Numbered from the stretch's first letter, positions 10,280-19,955 are shown. The stretch: 64,000 bases of DNA from Chthoniobacterales bacterium (GCA_038207335.1 JBBQZX010000014.1:65186-129185); one strand, 5' to 3'. The notes: generated from the letters alone by a model not told the origin. Translations and numbers: made by a program.

Positions 10280-10640
10280 ACATGCCAATAATCAGGAACG
10301 CGCGCAGGTGGCGGACCTTTCCCCCACCCGTGCAGGAAGCAACTGGCGCGCGGATCGAACTCGCGTTCGTGGACCAGGGCTACACTGGCGGAGACGCAGC
10401 CACCCAGGCCGCCGCGCACTCCGATAAGGCTCGCGGTGGTCCAAACTCCCGGAGAGCAAACGTGGCTTTGTGCTCCTGCCCAAACGCAGGGTGATCGAAC
10501 GCTCCTTCGCCTGGTCCGCGCGCTTCCGCTGCCTCGCCCGCCTCCCTTTCTCCCTCGCCGCAATCCACTGGCTCGCCTTTGCCTCCTTCATGCTCAAGTC
10601 CCTCTTCTCTCACTCTCAAAAGCACCTAACATCCTCTAGG
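10280..10640 (+). pseudogene. IS5-family transposase C-terminal remnant (frameshifted) with probable right end
   Basis: Fragments in three frames: ANNQERAQVA, VQEATGARIELAFVDQGYTG, GFVLLPKRRVIERSFAWSARFRCLAR. Ends in ...CACCTAACATCCTCTAG, resembling IS5 termini. Confidence 0.8.
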
Positions 10641-10645
10641 GTATT

Positions 10646-11767
10646 TTAGTTATTCTCGAACTCAAACAAATCCATTAAATCATGCGCCACCGCATCCCGA
10701 TTTCCCAAAGGCGGGATGTCGAAACGCTTCTCGATAAATCTCAAAACTGAAGTGTGATCGGCGATTTCGTGCGAAACATAGTGGGTTTTCGAAAATGGCG
10801 AGATGGCCATAAAAGGGACCCTAAACCCGTAACGATTGAAATCCCAACCGTATCTATCCCTAAGGGCCGCGTAATATTTCAACATAGGGCTATCATCAGG
10901 TATGACAGCCGAAGGCACCTTTACATGATCGTAGAAGCCGCCGCATTCGTCATAAGTGAGGAAAATCACCGAACTGTCCCAAGTGGCCGAATTTTGAATA
11001 CTCGCGATCCTAGATTGAACCCAGCTTGAGCCCGTAATCGGGTCTGCCGTAGGATGTTCATCGGTTATGCCTAAAACGGCGTCCAAAAAAACCACATCTG
11101 GGAGCGTGCTTGAACTTAACGCCTCGTTAAATTGCGCAATGCTCTTTTTCACATACTTCGCCCCAAATAGCTTATTTATGAAGGCTTTGCCGTCGGTGTA
11201 GTATCCCCAAGTGAGTCCGCGCGCATCTAAAGCATCTAGGATGAGATATGGCTGAATTCCATACCTCTGAAGCACGGCGATTGAAAAATTTGTGCAGAGT
11301 CCATAAGAAGTTCCAGCCAAAAGAAATGAACGGTTTGGGTGGGTTGGCCCCATAACCGACGAGAAGTAGCGGTCCGAGATTGCGTATGTGTTGGCTAAAT
11401 CGTAATAGTACGGCAAATCATCTTTCGTGTAATACACCATACTTCTTTGGCTAAAACGATTTTGATCGCCATTATTATAATACCGCCACATAGGACCCCA
11501 CCCATGAGCGGGGTCAGGCCTTCGGCCTGCGGGCTGAGGGTAGGGAATAAGAGGTGGCGAGCTCCTTGAATTGACGGCGATGGGCTGACGATCGTAGACA
11601 TCTACTTCGTCACCATAGAATTCTTCATTACCTAAGTCCGCAAAGTAATGATCAAATGACCGATTTTCCTGCATGATTACGATGACATGCTTTATGTCTT
11701 CGAGGCTGGCGGCAGGTCCAGAATTTATCAAAAGTAAGCAAAAAATCGAGGCAAAAAATAATCTCAT
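10646..11767 (-). CDS. Secreted phospholipase C / acid phosphatase (phosphoesterase family)
   Basis: IKHVIVIMQENRSFDHYF, GPTHPNR, DEHP, TYDECGGFYDHV, GFRVP, DHTSVLRFIE; signal peptide from ATG 11767; visibly AT-richer than the flanks. Confidence 0.92.
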   Translation of the reverse strand: MRLFFASIFCLLLINSGPAASLEDIKHVIVIMQENRSFDHYFADLGNEEFYGDEVDVYDRQPIAVNSRSSPPLIPYPQPAGRRPDPAHGWGPMWRYYNNGDQNRFSQRSMVYYTKDDLPYYYDLANTYAISDRYFSSVMGPTHPNRSFLLAGTSYGLCTNFSIAVLQRYGIQPYLILDALDARGLTWGYYTDGKAFINKLFGAKYVKKSIAQFNEALSSSTLPDVVFLDAVLGITDEHPTADPITGSSWVQSRIASIQNSATWDSSVIFLTYDECGGFYDHVKVPSAVIPDDSPMLKYYAALRDRYGWDFNRYGFRVPFMAISPFSKTHYVSHEIADHTSVLRFIEKRFDIPPLGNRDAVAHDLMDLFEFENN

Positions 11768-11864
11768 TCGAATTTGCCTAACTGTTCTGGATTCTCCATG
11801 CCGGAGCGGAGCCGAGCGAGGCTTGATTGGCAACGTTTTTCTACGACACGTCCGGAAATAGGGG

Positions 11865-12083
11865 TCAGGCGAGATTTCTTGACAGAAAATTCGGTGTCAC
11901 GGGCTTGAGGATGCCCCGTCCGCGCTTGATGAGAGCAGCGGTCACCGGCTTGAGGGGAATCCCTTCGAGCGTCGCTTGGGCAACAGCCTTGGTGCCATCT
12001 TCAATATTGAAGTGTCTGCGAAGCCAGGCGGGAACGACGACTTGGCCTTTGGTGGTGAACCAAACGGAATCTGTTTTTGTCAT
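11865..12083 (-). CDS. AbrB/MazE/SpoVT-family antitoxin-type DNA-binding protein, C-terminus probably truncated
   Basis: TTKGQVVVPAWLRRHFNIEDG...EGIPLKPV; no toxin ORF downstream. Confidence 0.75.
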   Translation of the reverse strand: MTKTDSVWFTTKGQVVVPAWLRRHFNIEDGTKAVAQATLEGIPLKPVTAALIKRGRGILKPVTPNFLSRNLA

Positions 12084-12349
12084 CGCGCTCGCGGTTAAAA
12101 CTTCGATCTATGACTCCGTGTAAGTCAAGATAGATAAAGTAGAACAGAGGGTTACACGGCGGACTCCATCGAGACGAGCCGACTCGTGCGGGACGAGAGA
12201 GCGACCGAGCGAGATTTTCATGGGGCGGTGAAAGACCGGATGCCTGCATGAGAACCGTTCACCCACATCGCGTTTTCACCGCCGGAAGGATCTCTCAGAT
12301 GGCGCTTCAAGCGGGAGAGCGGTCAGGTCGGGAGGCTGGCGAAGGGGCG

Positions 12350-15136
12350 TCAATAGCGCTTTTGCCCGCCGTGAAACTCGGCCTGCGGTTCATCGGGAGC
12401 GGCCTGCACACCGCCGCGGCCGAGGACGACTAAGCTGCTGAAGTCGAGCCCGAGCCGCCGCGCGCACTGATCGCGGAGCTGCTTGGAAGCGTCGATCAGC
12501 GAGCCGTTGACGTCCTCGATCGCGTTTGCCAAATCGATCTGCGGCGCGTCGATCAGCAGCACTCCTTGCACTCCCTGCTCGCTCGAAGCGGTGATCCTGC
12601 TCGCCGCGTCCTGGCTCACAAATTCCGAGACGATGACGAAATTACGCGCGTCACCGAGCACTCCAGTCGCGGGGATTTCGAGCGTGATCAAGCCGCCGTT
12701 TCCAGCGACCGCGCTCGCGGTGAGCAGGCTCGCTTCGAGGCTGAGGAAGCGCGCGCCCAGCACGATGTTTCCACCCGTCCCGGCGGCCTGCGCGGTGATC
12801 GCGCTGTCGCGCAAAGTGACGCGATTTGCGTGAAGCGCGAGATTGCCCGCATCGGCGTTCAACGCTCGTACGGTAAGGCTCGCGGAGTCGAGCGCGACGT
12901 TGCCGACGGCGGCAATCTGCAGGCTGCCTGCGCGGCCGAGGCCGAGGTTGTTGCTGGAAATTTCCGCGCGCTTCGCGAGGCGCAAATTGCCCGCGATGTC
13001 CAGCCGTACATCGCCCGCAGCGCCAGTCGAACCGGCAGCGCCGCGGGCCAGGACGCCGCTAGGGAAGCCGAAGCTCGAGCCCGTCGCACTGAGGTTACCG
13101 GCGCGCACACGGACATCGCCGCCGCGGCCGCTCCCCTCGGTCGCGGATTCGATCTCGCCGCCCTCGCGCAGCGTGATCGCACCGCGTGCGGTGACGACCA
13201 CATTTCCGCCCTCGCCAGTCGCACCCTCGACCGTGCGCGCGGAGATCGCGGTGGCGAGGGGGAGGCCGCCCGGCAGCAGCCGCGCGCCGTGACCATCGAG
13301 CAGGATTTCATCGGCGACGACGCTGATCGAACCGCCCGGATTGGCGCCGCCGGTCGTCGCTTCGATGATGCCGCCGCCGAGCAGCGTGACGCGGCCCGCC
13401 TCGACGGAGATCGAGCCTGCTGGCCCATCGCCGAGGTTTTTCGATTGCGCGACGAAGCCGGTCGGCGCGGCCTCCGCGGAGTCGCGACCGTCGATGAGGA
13501 GGAGTGACGTCTGGACGAAAAGCGAGCCACCGCGCCCGGTGCCTTGAGTGCCGACGGTGAACGCGGCGCGGTCGCTGAGCGTGAGCCCGCCCATCGCAAC
13601 GACACTCACTTTGCCGCCGTTGCCCGGCCCAAACGTGCTCGCCGAGACGAAACTCGCGCGAGTCGCGAGCAACTCCCCACGCGTGAAGATTTCCACGTCG
13701 CCACTCGCCCCGTGCGCCGGCGCGCCGGTGGCGGGATCGCGCTCGCTGTCGCTCACAATGCGCGATCCGTCGAGCGATACGGAACCGGCGGCGATGCGCA
13801 CATTCCCCCCGCGCCCGAACCCAAAAGTGCTGGCGGTGACGAGGGCGCCGCGGGTGAGCGCGAGCTCCTCGCGGAGGTCGAGCGTGACATCGCCCGCGCG
13901 GCCGGTGGTATCGAGTTCGGCACGTGTGCCAAGGACGCCGGAGTCGAGGGACAGCACGCGCGCTTTGACGAAAACATCACCGCCCCGCGCGCTCGAAGAA
14001 GTGCGTGAAAAAACCGAGCCATTCGCGCGAATGCCGACCGCATCCGCGACGATGCGGAGGTCGCCCGCGCGGCCGACATCGAGCGCGAGCGTGGCGACGA
14101 GGCTGTCGTCGCCAGCCACGTCGAGCCGTCCGGCTTTGATCGCGACGCTGCCACCGGGCGCATCTGAGAGCGCGTAGCTGGCGATGCTGCCGGCGTGGAA
14201 GACGGCGAGAGCGCGCGCGGTGAGTTCGAGGTTGGTTCGGGGCACGCCGCTGCCGGTCACAGAGGTGCTGATGCTCGATGCATCGACCGTGAGTTTCCCG
14301 GCGCGAATCACGACCCGCCCGCCCGCCTCGCCGCTGACGTCGATCGACGCTCCGTTGCGCAACGCGACCTTGCCATTCGCCGCGAATTTCGCCGATGAAT
14401 AACCGGCGCCCGGCTGTGCCAGCGAGAACGGCACGACGCCCTGCGAGGCGGCGCTGAAGATGCTCACGGAGTCCTTTGTCGGGGCGCTGGCAAATGTCGA
14501 AATGCTCGCACCGTCGAGCGTCACACCGCCCGCGATGACGTGAAGGCTCGCACCGTCGTGAGTGCTGATTTTCGTCCTCTGGAACTCGACGCTAGCCGCC
14601 TTGCCACTCGCGAATCCGAACGCGGAAATCGGCGAGCTGACGAGCGAGTCGGCCTGCCCAAGCGCGGCGAAAAATTTCCCCGAACTCCCGAGACTGACGT
14701 AGCTCGCGGTCGAGACTGTGAACGAACCCGTGACATCCGCGATCGAGGCATTCGGGCCGAAGACGACACCCGCTTGGTTCACGAGAAAAAGATTCGCGGC
14801 GCACGAAAGCCGGCCGTCGATCGATGAGACAGAGCCGCCGGTGACGCGCGCGATCACGTTGTCGATGCCGCCGAGATCCTTGAAAAGCGCGGTCTCGTTT
14901 TGGAGCAGGCTGAACTGCGAGAAGCTGTGGAAAAGGTTCCCGCCAACGCGCGTGCCCGTGTCGCCGGGGATGGTGTAAATGCCCGCCCCGAAGCCGACCG
15001 TGCCCGCCCCGAGACTGCCGTCGGAGACGATCCCGCCGGCGCCGTACGTCGCGAGCGTCCCGACTGCGAAGCCAACGGCGATGAGCATCTGAAGCGATTT
15101 TCGCCATTGCCTGGAAGTGTCGCCCGGGTTAAGCAT
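12350..15136 (-). CDS. Filamentous haemagglutinin N-terminal (TPS) domain exoprotein, TpsA-like
   Basis: GGNLFHSFSQFSL, NVIARVTGG.SSIDG, NLFLVNQAGVVFGPNA; many G.GG.V.I.A beta-helix repeats; C-terminal CARR..SSLVVLGRGG. Start codon uncertain. Confidence 0.88.
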   Translation of the reverse strand: MLNPGDTSRQWRKSLQMLIAVGFAVGTLATYGAGGIVSDGSLGAGTVGFGAGIYTIPGDTGTRVGGNLFHSFSQFSLLQNETALFKDLGGIDNVIARVTGGSVSSIDGRLSCAANLFLVNQAGVVFGPNASIADVTGSFTVSTASYVSLGSSGKFFAALGQADSLVSSPISAFGFASGKAASVEFQRTKISTHDGASLHVIAGGVTLDGASISTFASAPTKDSVSIFSAASQGVVPFSLAQPGAGYSSAKFAANGKVALRNGASIDVSGEAGGRVVIRAGKLTVDASSISTSVTGSGVPRTNLELTARALAVFHAGSIASYALSDAPGGSVAIKAGRLDVAGDDSLVATLALDVGRAGDLRIVADAVGIRANGSVFSRTSSSARGGDVFVKARVLSLDSGVLGTRAELDTTGRAGDVTLDLREELALTRGALVTASTFGFGRGGNVRIAAGSVSLDGSRIVSDSERDPATGAPAHGASGDVEIFTRGELLATRASFVSASTFGPGNGGKVSVVAMGGLTLSDRAAFTVGTQGTGRGGSLFVQTSLLLIDGRDSAEAAPTGFVAQSKNLGDGPAGSISVEAGRVTLLGGGIIEATTGGANPGGSISVVADEILLDGHGARLLPGGLPLATAISARTVEGATGEGGNVVVTARGAITLREGGEIESATEGSGRGGDVRVRAGNLSATGSSFGFPSGVLARGAAGSTGAAGDVRLDIAGNLRLAKRAEISSNNLGLGRAGSLQIAAVGNVALDSASLTVRALNADAGNLALHANRVTLRDSAITAQAAGTGGNIVLGARFLSLEASLLTASAVAGNGGLITLEIPATGVLGDARNFVIVSEFVSQDAASRITASSEQGVQGVLLIDAPQIDLANAIEDVNGSLIDASKQLRDQCARRLGLDFSSLVVLGRGGVQAAPDEPQAEFHGGQKRY

Positions 15137-15178
15137 CGCGGAGGAAGTTAGCCGCAAAACGGCGACGAACGTCGAGCC

Positions 15179-16543
15179 ATGAAATCAACCGCCCTCCTCG
15201 CCGCTCTTGCGATTTTCGCGCCATTCACCACCGCACTGGCCGATCCGCCGATCCTAGTCTCGTCGAAGGCGAAGCGGACCACGACCGGGTTCACTTTCAC
15301 CGCGAAGTGGAATCCGAACACGCCCGACGACGTCTTCCCGCTTTTCTTTTTCAAGCCCGCAAATGATCCGGGCGCCAATGAGGAAATCGTCACGGCGATC
15401 CCCTCGACGATTCGTGGCATCAAGCCCACCGGCATCACGGTGACCGGCAGGGCCAGCGGGTTGAAGAAAGGCGTGGTTTATAAATGGCGCGCTTTGGCGG
15501 GCGGAAATGAGACGACGAGCGTCGATATGCCTGATCAATTTGTCGGCGATTTCGTCCCAGCCGGGACGTATCGCGGCGCGGCGAAAGACGCCAACAGCGT
15601 GCCGCGCGGCGTGGCGACGGTGAGCGTGACGGGCAGCGGTGCGATCACCGGATCGATCCTGGTGAAAGGCTTCAAACTCACGCTGAGGGGGCATTTCGAC
15701 AACGCGGGCACCTTGACGCTCCACCCGAAAGCCAGCGGTGGCGCGATCTTCGACGTGACGCTGACGAGCGACTCGCTGAACAACGTGGTGAAAGTGCATA
15801 TCGAATCCGGGCTCGGGATCTTTTCGTCGGACTTCGATCTGCACGCGAAGCAGGCAGACCTGTCGCTCACCACGCCGCATGCGGGGCACTACACCGTCGT
15901 TTTCACGGTCGATCCCGCGCACAAATCGGACACGAAATACCCTCGCGGCGATTCGATCGCGACGCTCACTTTAAAGAATACCGGGCGCGTCAGTGGAAGC
16001 GTGAATCTGGCAGACGGAAAGACGGTCGCTGTCGCTTCGTTTTTGGACGATACGGGTTTCGTGAACCTTGGCGGCAACCTCAGTTCGCCCGCGGGCGCGC
16101 CCAATCCCAGCTACTTCGCCGCGTCGCTTTTCATCCATCCGAATGGCGGCGGACTCGACGGAAGCTGGAGCTGGCGGCGTGCGGGCAATCCCGCCAAGGC
16201 CGTTTACCCGGATGGCTTCGAGACGAATAACTCCGCGACCGGCGCCCTCTACACGCCCCCCAGTGCCGATCTAGGCGCGAGCCAAATCACCCTTAGCGGT
16301 GGGAACTTCGGCGCCGATGAAGTCCGCACCTTCGGCCTCACCGCAAAGACCGGAAAAATCTCCATCACCATCGACCACGGGGATTCGCTGAAGCTCCGCC
16401 TTTCCCTCGCGACCGGCATCGTTAATGGCACCTTTATCCCGCATCCGCTGGCGGACGTTGCCAAGGTGCAAACGCTCAGATTCGTGCTCGGTGGCAGCGG
16501 CTTTTTCTTAGACGGCTCGCTCAGTGGACACGTCGGGAACTGA
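15179..16543 (+). CDS. Secreted protein with a short FN3-like N-terminal domain and a beta-rich C-terminal domain of a kind common in verrucomicrobial surface proteins
   Basis: Signal peptide MKSTALLAALAIFAPFTTALA; ASGLKKGVVYKWRA; PRGDSIATLTLKNTGRVSGSVNLADG. Confidence 0.65.
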   Translation: MKSTALLAALAIFAPFTTALADPPILVSSKAKRTTTGFTFTAKWNPNTPDDVFPLFFFKPANDPGANEEIVTAIPSTIRGIKPTGITVTGRASGLKKGVVYKWRALAGGNETTSVDMPDQFVGDFVPAGTYRGAAKDANSVPRGVATVSVTGSGAITGSILVKGFKLTLRGHFDNAGTLTLHPKASGGAIFDVTLTSDSLNNVVKVHIESGLGIFSSDFDLHAKQADLSLTTPHAGHYTVVFTVDPAHKSDTKYPRGDSIATLTLKNTGRVSGSVNLADGKTVAVASFLDDTGFVNLGGNLSSPAGAPNPSYFAASLFIHPNGGGLDGSWSWRRAGNPAKAVYPDGFETNNSATGALYTPPSADLGASQITLSGGNFGADEVRTFGLTAKTGKISITIDHGDSLKLRLSLATGIVNGTFIPHPLADVAKVQTLRFVLGGSGFFLDGSLSGHVGN

Positions 16544-16825
16544 CCGACTGACTGCGCCGGCTTTTCAGCAAGTCCGCGGCGGGCGGAGCACGTTTGTCAG
16601 CTCAGGAGGGCGGCAGGTGAGCCCGGTTTAGATCATCCGACGCCCGCGAATACGCGTAGCAGCGGGATGAATTTCAATCAACTGTTCGGGACAAAATTCA
16701 CCATTGGGATCTCGTGAGACTTTCGCGGGTATGGCTCGGAAAGAAACAAGCCACTGAGTCAAAGAAGCCGTGAAACCGCGCTGACAAGACGATGTTCTCC
16801 TAGATCGGCGATCCAGGCTGCAGCT

Positions 16826-17974
16826 TCAGAATTTCGACAGCATTTTCGAGCTGCGGAACGCGACTGCGGTCTGCCGGGTGGCGATCTGCGTGAGGCGTTG
16901 ATCGAGGTAGTCGGCAGCTCCGCGGGCGGCGCGGCCGAGTTCGCTGCTGGCGCCGAGTTCGTCGGTGAGCTGGCGCAGGATCGGGAGCGCCTCCATGCGC
17001 TGCGTGTCGGCGAGCGCCTGGAGTGCGGCGAGGCGATAGACGGCGTTGGTCTTGGGCTCGCGCGCCCATTTTGGCAGCATCTCGAGCGCGATCTCGGGGT
17101 AGAAGCGGGCGATGCCGTAGAGCGCGTAATGCCGAGTGGCGGGTGCGCCACTGAGGAGCTCTGCTTTCCAGAAATCCCACTCCTTCTCCGAAGTGATGCC
17201 GTAATACTGCATCGCCGCTGCGCGCGAGAGCGGCTCGATCATGGCCTCGATTTTGAGCTGTGGGTCGATGGTCATGGCGACCGAGGACTCCTCGACGTGC
17301 ATCTGCCGAAGCGCGTTCAGCGCGGCGATGATGTCGTTGGTCTCGACGCGAAATCCGTCGGTGTTGAAGCGGCTGGGCAGTTCGCCGGTCGCGGGCGTGA
17401 ATTTCGCGACGGCGCTCAGCGGCAGATTCTCGCAAAGCGCCAGAGCTGCGGTCTGGAGTGCGCCGATGGAAAGCTCGAGGTGCTTTTGTGCGTAAGCAAG
17501 GATCCCGTCAAGGCGCGGCGCCCTAGTGTAGCTCAGCGTGTAGGCGGCTTCGGAGACTTTGTTCGTGGAGCGTGTCGCGACGGTCTGGAGCTGGGCCTCG
17601 GAGGTTTTGCCCACGGCGATTTCGACCATCGCCTCGCGCACTACGACGACGGCGTTCTTTCCGCTTTCAAGAACCTGGCCCGCGTCGATCTGCACTTTCA
17701 GCGGCGCGGCGCCGGTATTGGTCAAAGTCGCGCGCACTTTGTCGCGCCCATTGCCCGAGAATTTCGCCTTCAAAAGCCCCTGCTCGACGCCTGCCTGAAG
17801 TTCGACGAATTCGATCTGCGCCGGGATGGGAACCGGGGTCGCCGCTGCGGCCACGGGGACCGGGGCTTCGAGCGCGATGGCAGGCGCGGCGGACTTCGAG
17901 GAGTGCGGCCAGAGGAGAAATCCACCGACCGCGAGCACTGGGGTGATGACGGCGCAGAGAGCTTTCGTGTTCAT
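16826..17974 (-). CDS. Membrane-anchored hypothetical protein with C-terminal HEAT-like helical repeats
   Basis: N-terminal TM from ATG 17974; TRHYALYGIARF, YRLAALQALAD, LGRAARGAAD. Confidence 0.65.
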   Translation of the reverse strand: MNTKALCAVITPVLAVGGFLLWPHSSKSAAPAIALEAPVPVAAAATPVPIPAQIEFVELQAGVEQGLLKAKFSGNGRDKVRATLTNTGAAPLKVQIDAGQVLESGKNAVVVVREAMVEIAVGKTSEAQLQTVATRSTNKVSEAAYTLSYTRAPRLDGILAYAQKHLELSIGALQTAALALCENLPLSAVAKFTPATGELPSRFNTDGFRVETNDIIAALNALRQMHVEESSVAMTIDPQLKIEAMIEPLSRAAAMQYYGITSEKEWDFWKAELLSGAPATRHYALYGIARFYPEIALEMLPKWAREPKTNAVYRLAALQALADTQRMEALPILRQLTDELGASSELGRAARGAADYLDQRLTQIATRQTAVAFRSSKMLSKF

Positions 17975-18100
17975 AGGTGGCAACCTCAAAAGCATCGCGC
18001 ACGCCAACCGCGGAAAATTTGTGCATCCACGCCTTCGTAGTAAAAATCTCCGTCGGTGCACTCTCGATTTGCGGGTGCGGTTTCGTGCAATGCTCCCGCG

Positions 18101-18640
18101 ATGAAGACCTACTCCGACCTCGCCGAGCGCGTACTCGCGGACGACGCACTTTTACAAAAGCTCATCCCGACCGAGCCGCTGAATCGCGAACTGCTGTGGC
18201 TCATCCGCGATGCGACCGATGCAGACCTGAGCGGCGGAAAGGCGATCGGCGATGCGAAGATGTTCCGCCTCGTGCGCGGCGGACTGCTTTACGCGATCGA
18301 TGCGATCGAGGAGGCGCACGCGATTTTTCAGGAAGCCAGCGGCGACCTTGGCTCCTACTGGCACGGCATGATCCATCGGCGCGAAGGCGATTTCGACAAT
18401 GCGCGGTACTGGTTTCGACGCGCAGGCGTGCTGCCTGTCTTCGAGGAGATGAAGCGCGCCGCGTGTGAGCACTCCGCCGACATGGCGAGGCAGTCGGGCT
18501 GGGACCCTTATCTTTTCACCGGCCAATGCGAGCAGGCGCGCTTCGGCGCGGATGAATCGCTGCGCGAACTCACGGCGCTCCAGCGCGCTGAGTTCGAGGT
18601 GCTTCTCGATTATTGCTGGCGCAAAAGCGGGCTCGTATGA
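18101..18640 (+). CDS. Conserved hypothetical protein (helical, TPR-like)
   Basis: AHAIFQ..GSYWHGMIHRREGDFDNARYWFRR motif; typical codon usage; directly upstream of cinA. Confidence 0.75.
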   Translation: MKTYSDLAERVLADDALLQKLIPTEPLNRELLWLIRDATDADLSGGKAIGDAKMFRLVRGGLLYAIDAIEEAHAIFQEASGDLGSYWHGMIHRREGDFDNARYWFRRAGVLPVFEEMKRAACEHSADMARQSGWDPYLFTGQCEQARFGADESLRELTALQRAEFEVLLDYCWRKSGLV

Positions 18641-18689
18641 ACACGGCGGATTGCTCGCCGAGCCGCATGAAATCAGGCATCGTGCGCCT

Positions 18690-19955
18690 ATGAATCCTCG
18701 CGTCGAACTCATCAACACCGGCACCGAACTCCTGCTCGGCAGCGTGGTGAATACGCATCTCAAATTTCTCGCAGAGGCGCTTTTCCCGCTCGGTCTGAGG
18801 ATCGAGCGGCAGGTCACCGTCCCCGACGGCGCCGCGATTGCCGACGCGCTGCGCGAGACTTTTGGCCGCACGGATATCGTGCTCGTAACGGGCGGACTCG
18901 GCCCGACGACAGACGACCTCACGCGAGACGTGGTCGCTGAAATGCTCGGCCTGGAAATGATCCACGACGCATCCGTGATGACATCAATCGAGGAGCGCTT
19001 CATCCGGCGTGGGCTCACGATCGGCGACCGCGTGCGGCTCCAGGCGCTGCGTCCGCGGGAATCGGCGGTGCTGCGCAACGAGCATGGCACGGCACCGGGG
19101 CTTCATCTGTCACCGAAGCGGTTACATTCCGGCGTCGTCTCCCCTCACCTGTTTCTACTGCCCGGCCCGCCTCGCGAACTGAAGCCAATGTTCACCGATT
19201 CTGTCGTACCAATTCTGCGAGACCTCGCGCCCAACGGACCGTTCGAACTCAAACGAAACTACCGCGTCGCCGGCCTCGGCGAGTCGCACGTCGAGGAACT
19301 CGTGGGCGCCGAACTGCTCGCACTCGGCCTCGAGCTGGGATACTGCGCGCGCCCCGGCGAGGTCGATGTGCGCTTGATTGGCAGCCCGGATGCGCTGGAC
19401 CGAGCTGCCGGGATTCTTCTGGAAAAGCTCGGGCGTCACATCGTTTCGAGCGACGAGCGATCGCTCGAAAATGTGGTCATCGATCTTCTTGCGAACCGCA
19501 GCGAAACGCTCGCTACCGCGGAATCCTGCACAGGCGGCCACGTCGCCGACCGGCTCACAAATGTCCCTGGCGCGTCGCAGGTTTTCATCGCTGGATTCGT
19601 CACCTACGCGAACGAATCCAAGACGCGCGAACTCCGCGTGGATCCTGCGCTCATCGAGAAACACGGTGCGGTCAGCAGCCAGGTCGCCGCCGCGATGGCG
19701 CACGGCGCGCTTCGCGTTACCGAGGCTTCTCACGCGCTCGCCACGACAGGCATCGCTGGCCCCGGCGGCGGCTCCGCGGACAAGCCGGTTGGCACCGTCT
19801 ATGTCGCGCTTGCGAGCAAAAGCGGCGTCGCAAAAGTGCAACGCCTCCAATTCCCAACCGACCGCGAAACCTTCAAATTCCTGGCATCCCAAGCCGCACT
19901 CGATCTCGTGCGCCGCAGCCTTGCACCCGAGCCAGCGGCTACGGCTCGATCGTGA
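18690..19955 (+). CDS. cinA: Competence/damage-inducible protein CinA (MoCF-like domain + NMN deamidase PncC)
   Basis: INTGTELLLG, TGGLGPTTDDLT, LPGPPRE, AESCTGG, TGIAGPGGGS..KPVGTV. Confidence 0.93.
   Translation: MNPRVELINTGTELLLGSVVNTHLKFLAEALFPLGLRIERQVTVPDGAAIADALRETFGRTDIVLVTGGLGPTTDDLTRDVVAEMLGLEMIHDASVMTSIEERFIRRGLTIGDRVRLQALRPRESAVLRNEHGTAPGLHLSPKRLHSGVVSPHLFLLPGPPRELKPMFTDSVVPILRDLAPNGPFELKRNYRVAGLGESHVEELVGAELLALGLELGYCARPGEVDVRLIGSPDALDRAAGILLEKLGRHIVSSDERSLENVVIDLLANRSETLATAESCTGGHVADRLTNVPGASQVFIAGFVTYANESKTRELRVDPALIEKHGAVSSQVAAAMAHGALRVTEASHALATTGIAGPGGGSADKPVGTVYVALASKSGVAKVQRLQFPTDRETFKFLASQAALDLVRRSLAPEPAATARS

Noticed and set aside
9897..10280. Integrase or attR scar after tRNA-Gln
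   Set aside because: No tyrosine-recombinase motifs recognised and no duplicate of the tRNA 3' end seen by eye.
12111..12127. TGACT-N7-AGTCA palindrome upstream of the antitoxin
   Set aside because: Only a 5-bp arm; could be an autoregulatory operator but cannot be told from chance.
16544..16825. Possible ncRNA in the 280-bp gap between convergent genes
   Set aside because: No recognisable Rfam-like motif or strong stem seen; an Infernal search would be needed.
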